From positions 12,462,001 through 12,526,000 of the forward strand of contig OZ210885.1 of the NCBI GenBank assembly GCA_964658305.1: a stretch of 64,000 nucleotides of DNA, written 5' to 3'. Positions 21,101 through 32,458 of the stretch are shown here, piece after piece. The DNA comes from Leptogorgia sarmentosa. Its lineage: Eukaryota. The position numbers and the translations under genes were made by a program. Under the pieces are notes generated by a model that saw only the letters and a program-made list of their open reading frames with translations, was not told the origin of the DNA and did no database searches. Each line of letters starts with the position of its first letter. Positions within the stretch are counted from its first letter, which is position 1.

Positions 21101-24100
21101 TCAAATCCTTCTCATCTGTTGTAGTCTTCTTAGCTCACCTACAACAGCCGCGTTGAGTCGAGGTCGTTCAGTTACTGCCACGGGAGTTGATGGTTCCTTT
21201 TCCTCGGATTTCGATAAAACTCGTTCTTCGGTCGTTTCCCTCTTTACTTCCAGCGGCACAAGATGCTGGATAGATCGCCGCAACAGTTGCACCTTTTCGT
21301 TGTTCTTACCACCAAGCACCTTTACGATAACTGCTCGAACCACACCATCGGCTCCTGGTAAAAGCTCCTCTATTTTCGCTAATTTCCAGAAATTGCGACA
21401 TGTTTGATCGTTCTTTAGGATTACAATATCGCCAACGGAGATATCTATACTCTTGTTGCTGCTCGATTTAGTTGTCTGCTCTCGTAAATTCTGCAAATAT
21501 TCTCTTCTCCATTGCTTCGTAAATTGTTGCAGCAATCTTCTTTGATGACGTGCTCTTCTCGTAAGGGAGTGATATGTACTGACTACTTCGTAATGCTCAC
21601 TCGTAGGTATGGGAGTAATACGACGTCCGTAAATTAGATGTGATGGGCATAACGGATAGGAAATTGATTCATCATCATCGTATATGTAGGTAATTGGGCG
21701 CAAGTTAATCAATGCTTCCACTTCGGTTAATATGGTGTTTAATTCGTCGTAGGTCAAACTTGATCTGCCAATTATTTTCTTTAATGGTCTCTTGACACTC
21801 CTTACTAATCGTTCCCAAAAGCCACCCCACCAGGGTGCTCTTTCGGTGATGAATCTCCACGTTATACGATTTTTCGACAAGTAGTTGCATACTTCTGGTG
21901 CTCGTTTCAATTTACAAATCTCTTTACACGCTCCTTTGAATGTCTTCGCATTGTCCGATAACAGTAATTGAGGTAATCCTCTTCGACTTGCGAATCGTCG
22001 AAAAGCCCTTAGGAATGAGGATACATCAAGAGATTCCGTCACTTCTAAATGCACCGCTCTAGTAGATGCGCACGTAAACAGTAGGATATAAGCTTTGGTT
22101 GAAATACTCGCCGTCGAATTTTCGTTTTTGCTTCGGATGAACATTGGGCCAGCAAAATCGAGACCTGCGTTCGTAAATGGGGGATCTTCGGATACGCGAC
22201 TCGATGGTAAATCAGGTACGGGTTGTGCTTGAAATGGAGTTGCTTCAGCTTTCTTGCAAACGACACATTTCCTTAAAATACGTTTAACTGTTTCTCGTCC
22301 CCTCAAGATCCAATAGCGTTCTCTTGTCGTTGTCAGCGTGTCACGTATGCCGTTATGTTTGACTCTATTATGAACATCTCGTACAAGCAAGTCGACTATC
22401 GGATGCTTCGAAGGTAGCAAGATCGGATTCTTGCTTTCAGGCGACAAGTTTGAGTTATTGATCCTCCCCTTGCATCTTACAACTCCCTCGTCGTCGAAAT
22501 ATAGTCCAAATTGACGAACTCGATCGGGTCGTACTCCTTTGCTGTTGGCCTTCAAAAAATCGATTTCCCTTGGAAATGATGTCGACTGAATTGACTTAAT
22601 CCATAGCGATTCTGCACAATTGAGTTCATGTGCCGTGATTTCGTCATTTGTCGACTTCGTACCCGGTATATGGGCTGCGTTACTCGCTGATCGCTTGGCT
22701 TTAAGCTTGTTGACGAATCTTAGTAAATACGCCGTGACGCGAAACAGTCTGGTTGCGCTGCTAAAATTGTTACTGTCTATGATGACGTTTAGCTTGACCT
22801 CGGACGACTCAACTTTCGTACTAACGAGCGAATGAATAACAGTTGGCGGGTTCTTCATGGTTTCCTTCAACGCTGCTTCATCCAACGAGTTCTCAGGTCG
22901 CTGTGGATCCTTAGGCCACTCGCACTGAGGCTTCTGAAGATATTCTGGCCCATTCCACCATGTAGAACTGCCAACGAGATCCTTTGCTTGCATGCCACGA
23001 GATGGTAGATCAGCAGGGTTTTGAGAACCCGGACAGAACCTCCAAGTTCCCTTCGGTGTAAGCTGTCGTATTTCTTGCACTCGGCGTTGAACGTATGAAT
23101 TCCAAAGTTTGTCAATCGTGATCCAACACAAAACTGCTCTGGAGTCGGTCCAGTTAAAGATGTCGATATTTTCACTTGATGAAAGACAATTTCTCACAGT
23201 CGTAATAAGTCGAGCCAAAATAGTGGCTCCTAACAGTTCGAGACGCGGTATTGTTTGTGTTTTTATAGGTGCTACTTTGGTTTTAGACGCTACAAGCCTT
23301 ACCTCGACATGTCCGTCTTCATACACGCCTCTCCAATAAACGACTGCTGCAATTGCTGCTTTCGAGGCGTCGCTGAATCCATGCAACTCGACTTTGAGCG
23401 GCGCCGAATTAGATGTGCTGTAGCGCCGAGGGATCCGGATGTTTTCGAGGTCGTCCAACTCTCGTAAAACTGCATTCCATTTCTTAAGGAGACAGCCATT
23501 AAGCTCATCGTCCCAACCTGCCCCTTCTATGCATAACTCTTGAAATAGTCCTTTCATCCGAATTATAAATGGACTTAGAAACCCAATGGGGTCGAATATT
23601 TTCGCTGTTACCTTTAACACTGTCCGTTTCGTAGTAGGTAATGTTCGAGCATAGGATGCCAGTGTAGATAGGCTTAATACGAATTCATCTGAGTTAGTGT
23701 CCCAAGGAAGTCCAAGTATCTTAACTAGCGTGTCTTCGGTTGCGTTCGGATTCAAACCAATAGATGTTTTAGCGTACGACAGATCTTCTTCCATGACAGA
23801 TTCTTGCTTAGTCTTTGCGTTCTCTTCGACTTTTCTTTCGGCGTTAGTTATTTTTTCCACGAGCGTACCCGAGTTCGAATTCCACTTACGCAAATTAAAC
23901 CCTCCGTCCATCATAACTTTCTTTGCATCCTTGTAAATAGCAAACGCCTTATCGTCGTCCTGCGCTCCAGATACCAAGTCGTCGACGTATAGCGAATTCT
24001 TGAGTGTTTCCACTATCTCCGGATTTTGGTTTTCGTGCAGGCGCAAGTGATGATCGATCGTTGACCCAAGAATGGCAGGAGATGGTCTCAGCCCGAAAAC

Positions 24101-26797
24101 CAATCGGCAAAATCGATATTCTACTATTTCAGACTTCGGGTCGTGCGCGTCTTTAAACCACAAAAAACGCAACATATCGCGGTCAGCTTCATCAATTCCC
24201 ACCATCAGGAACGCTTTCTCGATATCGGCGACTAGAGCAACTGGATTCAATCTGAACTTGACGAGAATATTGAAAAGACGTGGAATATAATTAGGACCAG
24301 TCAGAAGACAATCGTTAAGAGATCGTGTCCGTGAAGCAGTAGTAGCTGACCCATTATAGACCACTCGCAATTTTGTAGTCGTCTTGTCTTTCCTTACTAC
24401 GCCGTGATGAGGGAGATAATGCACGTTACATTCGCTTTCTTTGCTGTCATCGCTTCGATCAGGCACACGTTCGATAACTTCCGATGTTAATTGTTCCTGA
24501 ATTCCCTTGTCGTACTCACGAAGAAGGTCAGGCTGCTTTGTTAACCTTTGATGCAACGAACGTAACCGATTGTAACAAAGTTCGTAGTCGGCTCCTATCT
24601 CTGGTTTCTCTTCTTTCCACGGGAGGCGAACTTCGTATCGTTTTCCTGTAAAACGAATATCGCGAATAAACTTATCGTTATCGCTCGATTCAGGTTGACA
24701 ATCGTTGATCCCTATGGACTCTGTTTCCCAGAACCGCTTCAACGAATCGACAATCTTGTCTTCGGTCTTCGGCATAGTGTTAGCGAAGTATCGGGAAGTA
24801 TCGCATGATTCGCCAGTCAGAATTAGATTTGAAACGGTCGGATCTTGGGATTCGACAGATTTTGGCACTCGTCCAGATAACAACCATCCGAGCTTGCTGC
24901 TGACGGCTGTCGGCCCACCTTCACCTTTCACCACATCACCTGTGACAACGTCCCAATAATGGTCGGCGCCAATTAGGATGTCGATGGCGTTGTCGTTGCT
25001 GTCGTCGTCAAAATCTGCGAGTTCCAAACCTTCCAGGTGCGCGTAATTAGTGTTCACCTTTGAATTTAATGGAGAACAAATGATGGGGAAGTTAATCGCT
25101 GACAGTTCTATCTCTTCGCTTCCGTTTCGACTTTCGATATTGAATTTGTAGACTTCACAGTTTTGGCGCTTACACTTATTGTCCCCGAATGTATTCAAAT
25201 ACAGTGCTTCCTTTCTAACTGGTTTCAACTTTAGTTTTGCTTGAGTTGCATTCGTGATATAAGTGCGTTGGCTTCCTGTGTCAAATAGCACGCGTACTGG
25301 AACTGATCTCACGCCGTTCGTTGCTCTCGCTCTAGCAGTTTGAAGTAAGACGGTACCCTTGCAAATTCTTGTCGCGGTTGTTGTACGTTCTTCATCTTTC
25401 GGCTGTTCGGTTGATTTCGGATCTTCAGCTTTCTTATTTCGTGGACATATCGACTGGTGGTGTTTGCCCTGACAATGGCGACACTTTCTTGTGTTCGTGC
25501 AGTCCTTAGCACTGTGACCTTTCCATAAACAATTGAAACACCGTCCCGATTCACTGAGAACTTTCTTTCGAGCCTCAGAGGGAACAATCTTTTCACAGGA
25601 TGCTGAGTAATGGTGGCCATTACAATAGACGCATTGTATTTTGGAATTTTCAGGAAGTTTGCCATTATTGGCAACCAATGCAGCAGCGGAGGGCGTGATA
25701 TTGTTCTTAGGGTTGTTACCTTTTGAGCTTTGTTGATTCCCACTTGACTTTGTGCTTTCGCTTATTTCTCTTGCCTCGATTTCAAGCTTTATCGTAGTAA
25801 GTAGGTCATCGATTTTCCAAGCTTCTTTAGTAGCCTTACGTGCGATGTGAAGACGAATGTCGCTCGGCAACTTCGACATGATGATCGGTATTAACAGACT
25901 ACCGTATTGCTCTGAGGAAACACCCAACGATGCAAGACCACGAACGTGCACGCTAATTTTGTCATAAACGTATCTTATAGAAGACAGTTTCTCTCCAGTG
26001 CAAGCTTGTATTTTAAGAATTTCATCCATATGAGCCGCAATTACTTGTTGCGGCCTTCCAAAACGATCTTGAAGAATTTCTACGGCGGCATCATAATTTG
26101 CATTCGTAAGATTAAGTCCCTGAATGGCGCGTAATGCCGTTGCCTCGAGTAAAGAGCTTAGATAATTAAACTTATCGACCTTCGTTATTGCATCGTTTTT
26201 GTGTATCGCTGATTCGTAAGAGTCCCAGAACGTGTTCCACTTCGTCACGTCGCCTCTAAATTTGGGCAAGGTCAACTTCGGTAATTTCGGTTTAACATTT
26301 GTTGTTGCACTTGTCATCGTAGTCGATTGAGACGTGTTTACTTCGCTTTGAGACATAGTTGTTCCGCTTTGGCTCGCATCATTCGATTGTTGACCACCGT
26401 CTATATTCGTACTATGCGTCATATTACTAGCTCCGTGTTCTGCGGTATCTTGACTTTGTTGTTCGCCATTATTTTCGTTGATCACTTTCGAAGTGTTAGA
26501 CTTTAAAGCGTTTTCAAGTTTCCGTTTAGTTATCAATATTCGCGCACCAATTTCGGCCGATTCTTCGATTTCTTGTCCTATATCCTTTACATCGCATAAT
26601 TCTAGAATCTCTTCGTCAATGTCGCTTAAAATTTTCAATTTTTCTTCGAGTAAAGATCGTATAATTCCGCTTCGATCAATAATATCGCCGGATGAATGTA
26701 GGAGTTCTTCTGCCTCTTTCGTTAATTTCGTACAGACACCACGATGTCCGCCTCGCTTCGCTCTTAAACGGTCTAATTTCTCCTTTGATTCGGCCAT
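21101..26797 (-). CDS. Bel/Pao gag-pol polyprotein, 1898 aa
   Basis: Gag (KLPKLTLPKFRGD...W..FWD) with Cys/His knuckles; protease LFDTGS; RT ADIEKAF...FGL...YVDD; RNase H HGFSDAS; integrase H-H-C-C, GLDFAGP, SDNA, APWWGGFWERLV; no stops or frameshifts. Confidence 0.96.
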   Translation of the reverse strand: MAESKEKLDRLRAKRGGHRGVCTKLTKEAEELLHSSGDIIDRSGIIRSLLEEKLKILSDIDEEILELCDVKDIGQEIEESAEIGARILITKRKLENALKSNTSKVINENNGEQQSQDTAEHGASNMTHSTNIDGGQQSNDASQSGTTMSQSEVNTSQSTTMTSATTNVKPKLPKLTLPKFRGDVTKWNTFWDSYESAIHKNDAITKVDKFNYLSSLLEATALRAIQGLNLTNANYDAAVEILQDRFGRPQQVIAAHMDEILKIQACTGEKLSSIRYVYDKISVHVRGLASLGVSSEQYGSLLIPIIMSKLPSDIRLHIARKATKEAWKIDDLLTTIKLEIEAREISESTKSSGNQQSSKGNNPKNNITPSAAALVANNGKLPENSKIQCVYCNGHHYSASCEKIVPSEARKKVLSESGRCFNCLWKGHSAKDCTNTRKCRHCQGKHHQSICPRNKKAEDPKSTEQPKDEERTTTATRICKGTVLLQTARARATNGVRSVPVRVLFDTGSQRTYITNATQAKLKLKPVRKEALYLNTFGDNKCKRQNCEVYKFNIESRNGSEEIELSAINFPIICSPLNSKVNTNYAHLEGLELADFDDDSNDNAIDILIGADHYWDVVTGDVVKGEGGPTAVSSKLGWLLSGRVPKSVESQDPTVSNLILTGESCDTSRYFANTMPKTEDKIVDSLKRFWETESIGINDCQPESSDNDKFIRDIRFTGKRYEVRLPWKEEKPEIGADYELCYNRLRSLHQRLTKQPDLLREYDKGIQEQLTSEVIERVPDRSDDSKESECNVHYLPHHGVVRKDKTTTKLRVVYNGSATTASRTRSLNDCLLTGPNYIPRLFNILVKFRLNPVALVADIEKAFLMVGIDEADRDMLRFLWFKDAHDPKSEIVEYRFCRLVFGLRPSPAILGSTIDHHLRLHENQNPEIVETLKNSLYVDDLVSGAQDDDKAFAIYKDAKKVMMDGGFNLRKWNSNSGTLVEKITNAERKVEENAKTKQESVMEEDLSYAKTSIGLNPNATEDTLVKILGLPWDTNSDEFVLSLSTLASYARTLPTTKRTVLKVTAKIFDPIGFLSPFIIRMKGLFQELCIEGAGWDDELNGCLLKKWNAVLRELDDLENIRIPRRYSTSNSAPLKVELHGFSDASKAAIAAVVYWRGVYEDGHVEVRLVASKTKVAPIKTQTIPRLELLGATILARLITTVRNCLSSSENIDIFNWTDSRAVLCWITIDKLWNSYVQRRVQEIRQLTPKGTWRFCPGSQNPADLPSRGMQAKDLVGSSTWWNGPEYLQKPQCEWPKDPQRPENSLDEAALKETMKNPPTVIHSLVSTKVESSEVKLNVIIDSNNFSSATRLFRVTAYLLRFVNKLKAKRSASNAAHIPGTKSTNDEITAHELNCAESLWIKSIQSTSFPREIDFLKANSKGVRPDRVRQFGLYFDDEGVVRCKGRINNSNLSPESKNPILLPSKHPIVDLLVRDVHNRVKHNGIRDTLTTTRERYWILRGRETVKRILRKCVVCKKAEATPFQAQPVPDLPSSRVSEDPPFTNAGLDFAGPMFIRSKNENSTASISTKAYILLFTCASTRAVHLEVTESLDVSSFLRAFRRFASRRGLPQLLLSDNAKTFKGACKEICKLKRAPEVCNYLSKNRITWRFITERAPWWGGFWERLVRSVKRPLKKIIGRSSLTYDELNTILTEVEALINLRPITYIYDDDESISYPLCPSHLIYGRRITPIPTSEHYEVVSTYHSLTRRARHQRRLLQQFTKQWRREYLQNLREQTTKSSSNKSIDISVGDIVILKNDQTCRNFWKLAKIEELLPGADGVVRAVIVKVLGGKNNEKVQLLRRSIQHLVPLEVKRETTEERVLSKSEEKEPSTPVAVTERPRLNAAVVGELRRLQQMRRI

Positions 26798-26843
26798 AGT
26801 TCTCGCTTATTTCGCTTGGATTCAACTTATATGGTTTTAAGTT

Positions 26844-26861
26844 GCCCCACGTTGGGCGCCA
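26844..26861 (-). promoter_or_regulatory. Primer-binding site complementary to the tRNA-Lys(CTT) 3' end
   Basis: TGGCGCCCAACGTGGGGC directly after the 5' LTR; this is the known Lys1,2-type PBS sequence. Confidence 0.88.
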
Positions 26862-27066
26862 TGTTATAATCGTATCGAAAATCGGTTTAAATCGTATCGA
26901 AAACCTTCCCAATTTTAACGTTTATTTTATATAAAAACCCACAAAATATTACAGTTCACTTACACGTGTTTAAATTACATATTTACGCATACATTATTTT
27001 CGAATACATTACTTACGCATACATTACTAAACGACATTAATTAAGTGTAAGGTAAACATTCTTACA
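26862..27066 (-). repeat. 5' LTR (205 bp)
   Basis: TGT...ACA termini, adjacent to the PBS. Confidence 0.95.
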
Positions 27067-27105
27067 GTATTAATTATAAGTGTAGATAGTAAGTGTTGTA
27101 GTTTC

Positions 27106-28744
27106 ATTCCAGATACGTATCCGAGGTATGTTTTCCAGATACGTATCCGTGGCATGTATTCCAGATACGTATCAGAGACATGTATTCCAGATACGTATCC
27201 GAGGCATGTATTCCAGATACGTATCAGAGGCATGTATTCCAGATACGTATCAGAGGCATGTATTCCAGATACGTATCAGAGGCATGTATTCCAGATACGT
27301 ATCAGAGGCATGTATTCCAGATACGTATCCGTGGTATGTATTCCAGATACGTATCCGTGGTATGTATTCCAGATACGTATCAGAGGCATGTATTCCAGAT
27401 ACGTATCCGAGGCATGTATTACAGATACGTATCCGCGGCATGTATTCCAGATACGTAACCGAGGCATGTATTCCAGATACGTATCCGCGGCATGTATTCC
27501 AGATACGTAACCGAGGCATGTATTCCAGATACGTATCCGAGGCATGTATTCCAGATACGTATCCGAGGCATGTATTCTAGATACGTATCCGAGGCATGTA
27601 TTCCAGATACGTATCCGAGGCATGTATTCCAGATACGTATCCGAGGCATGTATACCAGACACGTATCGGAAGCATGTATTCCAGATACGTATCGGAAGCA
27701 TGTATTCCAGATACGTATCAGAGGCATGTATTCCAGATACGTATCAGATGCATGTATTCCAGATACGTATCCGAGGCATGTATTCCACATACGTATCAGA
27801 GGCATGTATTCCAGATACGTATCAGAGGCATGTATTCCAGATACGTATCAGATGCATGTATTCCAGATACGTATCCGAGGCATGTATTCCAGATACGTAT
27901 CAGATGCATGTATTCCAGATACGTATCAGAGGCATGTATTCCAGATACGTATCCGAGGCATGTATTCCAGATACGTATCCGAGGCATGTATTCCAGATAC
28001 GTATCAGAGGCATGTATTCCAGATACGTATCAGATGCATGTATTCCAGATACGTATCAGAGGCATGTATTCCAGATACGTATCCGAGGCATGTATTCTAG
28101 ATACGTATCCGAGGCATGTATTCCAGATACGTATCCGAGGCATGTATTCCAGATACGTATCAGATGCATGTATTCCAGATACGTATCAGAGGCATGTATT
28201 CCAGATACGTATCCGAGGCATGTATTCTAGATACGTATCCGAGGCATGTATTCCAGATACGTATCCGAGGCATGTATTCCAGATACGTATCCGAGGCATG
28301 TATACCAGACACGTATCGGAAGCATGTATTCCAGATACGTATCGGAAGCATGTATTCCAGATACGTATCAGAGGCATGTATTCCAGATACGTATCAGATG
28401 CATGTATTCCAGATACGTATCCGAGGCATGTATTCCACATACGTATCAGAGGCATGTATTCCAGATACGTATCAGAGGCATGTATTCCAGATACGTATCA
28501 GATGCATGTATTCCAGATACGTATCAGATGCATGTATTCCAGATACGTATCCGAGGCATGTATTCCAGATACGTATCAGATGCATGTATTCCAGATACGT
28601 ATCAGATGCATGTATTCCAGATACGTATCAGAGGCATGTATTCCAGATACGTATCAGAGGCATGTATACCAGACACGTATCGGAAGCATGTATTCCAGAT
28701 ACGTATCGGAAGCATGTATTCCAGATACGTATCCGAGGCATGTA
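27106..28744. repeat. 26-bp tandem satellite (GTATCCGAGGCATGTATTCCAGATAC), about 63 units
   Basis: Contiguous units with no spacers; contains the palindrome GATACGTATC; variants recur every 650 bp. Confidence 0.96.
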
Positions 28745-29436
28745 CAACCTCGTTCCCAGGCTCTTGATCCTCTCGCTTCCGGATTCGGACGAAAGTATTA
28801 ATATTTGCAACATGAAATTAAAAATAGAAGAACTAAAAAAAATCATATTTGTTATTAAATACTTCCTGTGTAACAATGAGTGTTAAGTTGCATTTAACGA
28901 GACAACTTGGATCAGATTTCACTAGACAACAAAGGCGCTTGACGAGGACTTTTCACCGTAAGAATTTGAACACATAATGTATAGACAAGCTATGATATAA
29001 TACACATATGTAGGACCAAAAGATACTGTGGAATATGTAACTGTCAGCATCAACCTGTCCATTACTCAATCCCAACGGATTTACTGTTCGTGTAAATATG
29101 GAATTTATAAAATCGGGTAGCGTCCGACTATTTGTAAACATGGCCTACCTCGACCCCCAAAATATCCCATTTTACTTTCATGAAAGATATTAACGATCAA
29201 GAATTGCTTTGAAGTGTATATATCAAACATTGTATTATCCAAGAATGCAAAGACAAAGGTTCTCCATGCATATCGTAGAACTTAGCTACATTATAATTTT
29301 TATAAACTCGAATATACGTTCAATACAATTTGAAATATTCGTTTCATTACCTTCATATAAATACAGTGCGCAGGCACAATAAAAATCGTAAAAAGATATT
29401 TCACTTCTTCGAATCGAATTTGTATATCGTAATATT

Positions 29437-29920
29437 ATTATATAGTACACAGTGAGATACTGAAAAATACACAGTGAGATATTTTCCATCTCTTCACTAG
29501 TGAAGATATCGATCACGCGATCATTTCCGCCAATAAATTTGTTTTCAAAATGGCGACGTTCGTTTAAGAGCGGCGAACCAATTTTGGTATTTGTTCCATG
29601 GAAATACATCAATCGATAAAATGAAATTGTCGATAAAATGAAAATACTACAACAAAAGACTAAAATGATGCCCAGGTATTCTTTGAATTTGGATAATTTG
29701 ATGTATTTCGTTGAAAAATTTAGCATTATTGATCCAAAATTAATATAGCCGACTGGCTTTTACGACTATATAATAAAAAGAACATTACACGGCGGTTTGA
29801 AGATATGAATTTTATCTTCTCGTGGTGAAATGATATTTTACTCATTCGCTGCGCTCATTCGTAAAATATTGCTTTCACCACTCGAAGATAAAATTCATAT
29901 CTTCGCACCGCTGTGTAATA
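29437..29920. mobile_element. Hairpin-ended element (CTCG-bubble family)
   Basis: Palindrome at ~29785-29919 with CTCG/CTCG bubbles and apex TTCGCTGCGCTCA; left boundary approximate. Confidence 0.5.
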
Positions 29921-30310
29921 TATACGTAATTTTATTCTTACTTTGTATAAGAATGACTGTGAATATATTTGCATGGTTTCGAAAGAACATGTGTATTGTA
30001 TACATGCGAACACTTACAATATATATACACATTGTGTAGCCATTTTTCTCACTTTCTTTCAAACATTTTGCTGTTAGGGTCAGATCAGTGTTTGGGTTTG
30101 GATTAGAAAAGAAAAATGAAGAGAAAAGGCTCCATTTTTGGTTTAAAGTCGGAATTGTACAACCCACAATGTTTGCCGCCCGCAAAATAGCCCGCATGGG
30201 ATGCTTTCGACTGCTTACGGAAAATCGAAATTTTCGTAGACAGTAGGACACCCATAGATATAGGAAGCCTAGATTGCTGACTCCGTATAAAATGTGTGGC
30301 AACTTTTGAA

Positions 30311-31064
30311 AATCCAAGATGGCTGCTCAACCGGTCAAATTAATAGGAGCTAGTATGGGGAAAACCATGTTTTTCGCATTTTACGTCCGCATAAAGTTTC
30401 CGATCACGTTCTAGCACCATTTTTTGGAAATAACTACCCGTGCTGAAGGTTTTGGATGAAAATTGAGCAATTTGAATGGAATTAACTCCGAAATAATCGA
30501 TTGAAAAGTGCTGCCAAAACAGTCACTTGACTTGGTTCGAGACATTTCAGGTCAAGAATGAAGCTTTTGGATAACTTTGAGGTGTTGGAATATTCTATAG
30601 GACTTCTGTGAAAGATAAGAAATAGAAAGCGGCGTGTTGGTAGAGAAACAGGAAGCGATTTGTCGTCCACAATTCTCACTGTATATTTAGTCGTCGTTTC
30701 GGGAAGTGTATTCCGACCGAGTTGTCCGTGAAGGGAATTCATCCAAGAGGCCAAAGTTTACAAAACATATTCTTTCTGGCAACGATTAGTTCAAGAAAAA
30801 TAAGTTATTTTACCGGTTGATAGGCTCGAACGTCTTGAAGGAACAAAGTGACTGTTTTGGCAGCACTTTACGATCGATTATTTCGGGGTTAATTCCATTC
30901 AAATTGCTCAATTTTCATCCAAAACCTTCAGCACGGGTAGTTATTTCCAAACAAATGGTGCTAGAACGTGATCGGAAACGTTATGCGGTCGTAAAATGCG
31001 AAAAATCTGGTTTTCGCTATACTAACTCCTATTAATTTGACCGGTTGAGCAGCCATCTTGGATT
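30311..31064. mobile_element. Foldback element with ~235-bp inverted arms
   Basis: AATCCAAGATGGCTGCTCAACCGGTCAAATTAATAGGAG... is mirrored at 30830-31064; non-coding spacer. Confidence 0.8.
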
Positions 31065-32458
31065 GCTCATGTTTGCCACATGCGTCAGCAGAAATTTATT
31101 TTGGGATCACTTTCTTTGGGATGCTTAGTAACCGCGCGTACTTTATAATTATGTTGTATTGCAAAATCTATTGATATAAAAGGTTTTTACTAGCAATTTT
31201 GTCGAGCTTCTTTAGCTCAGAGGATATAGTCCCGACTCGCCAGCAGCGACCCTGCAGGTTCGAATCTCGCATGCTGGCTTTTTTGTCATTATGTTTTTTT
31301 TGTCATTTTGTTTGTTTTTTTTGAAGCTTTTTTTCTCAGCATTTTGTTGTTAGGGTCAGAATTACTGTTTGGGCTTGGATTAGAAAAACAAAAAGAAAAA
31401 GAAAAGACAATGTTTTCTGTTTAGAGTCAGAATTGCCATATAATATTCTCGACCCAATCCTCCTGAGCAAAGTGTTCCCAAAAAAAATTTCTGCCATTCG
31501 TCAGCATATAATTATTCTATAGTTAACTTAGTTATTAAATTAATTAAGATAGAGTAGTACAACCCTGCGGAAGTAGTACGCTAGTTCCGGGTTTACAGCC
31601 ATAACACCGCTTTGGGCCTTTAGCTCGGAGACGATAAAGCAATGCGGCACACACACAATACAGCAATTTTATTAAAAATAATTGTTAATAATATTTCCTA
31701 AAGTCAAGTCTTGCATTATATTTGGTATGACTTTGGATAGCATTAAAACTAGTAAACAATTTTAACACTAAATTTACAATGTATTTTAATGTATTGATAC
31801 AAAATAGTATAATTGTACTAAATTACTTAATTGATTAGTTTACAAAAATAGAAAAGGCCAGGTATTGCAATGGAAAATTTTTTAAGGAATTAGCTGTGAG
31901 TAATTTGATCAGAAATAGGCCCCAAGTCATAGTTCTACAGTAACATTTTCAACATCAGCGAGAATTTGTATTTACGTGAATGTGGAATATTTTAAATTGC
32001 TAATCTCTAAATTGCTTTCACCATTTGTTAAACGAAATTACTTGATAACGAGTTTCTAACAACAACTGGACAGTGCACGTATTTCTGTAGTTAATAATTT
32101 TTACTGAAGTTTCTCTCAATACCACGCTGGGCAAGTTAAAAAATTTCTGCACGTACTACGGTGTAATACAAGAAAATAGTTCTTCAGTCAATCCTGACGC
32201 GGAGGCGTCGCCAATTCAATGATAAATCTGACAAAAACAACAGGAATGAAAATAAGCTTTTATGATTTCGATCGGTTCTCTTTAAACGGAGAACACACTG
32301 ATTGGTATCAACATTAGACATATTAATTTGGACTTTATTGCTCTAGGCTGGAAAACACGGAAATCGGCTAACTGAAGGTGGATATCATTTGCAACCGAAG
32401 ACGAAATTGGAGCATTATATTCCTAAGAAGTGAAGCGCCATTTTTAACCTTTTCCATT

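Larger units (their letters stand above)
20764..27066 (-). mobile_element. Full-length Bel/Pao LTR retrotransposon
   Basis: Two TG...CA LTRs, a PBS, a short purine tract and a single gag-pol ORF with order PR-RT-RH-IN. Confidence 0.96.

Noticed and set aside
21084..26912. Small ORFs overlapping the Bel/Pao ORF
   Set aside because: They are antisense or alternate-frame shadows of the polyprotein.
27106..28744. CRISPR-like array or repetitive protein (ORFs up to 401 aa)
   Set aside because: The units are contiguous with no unique spacers, there are no cas genes and the context is eukaryotic; the ORFs occur in all frames because the 26-bp unit lacks stops.
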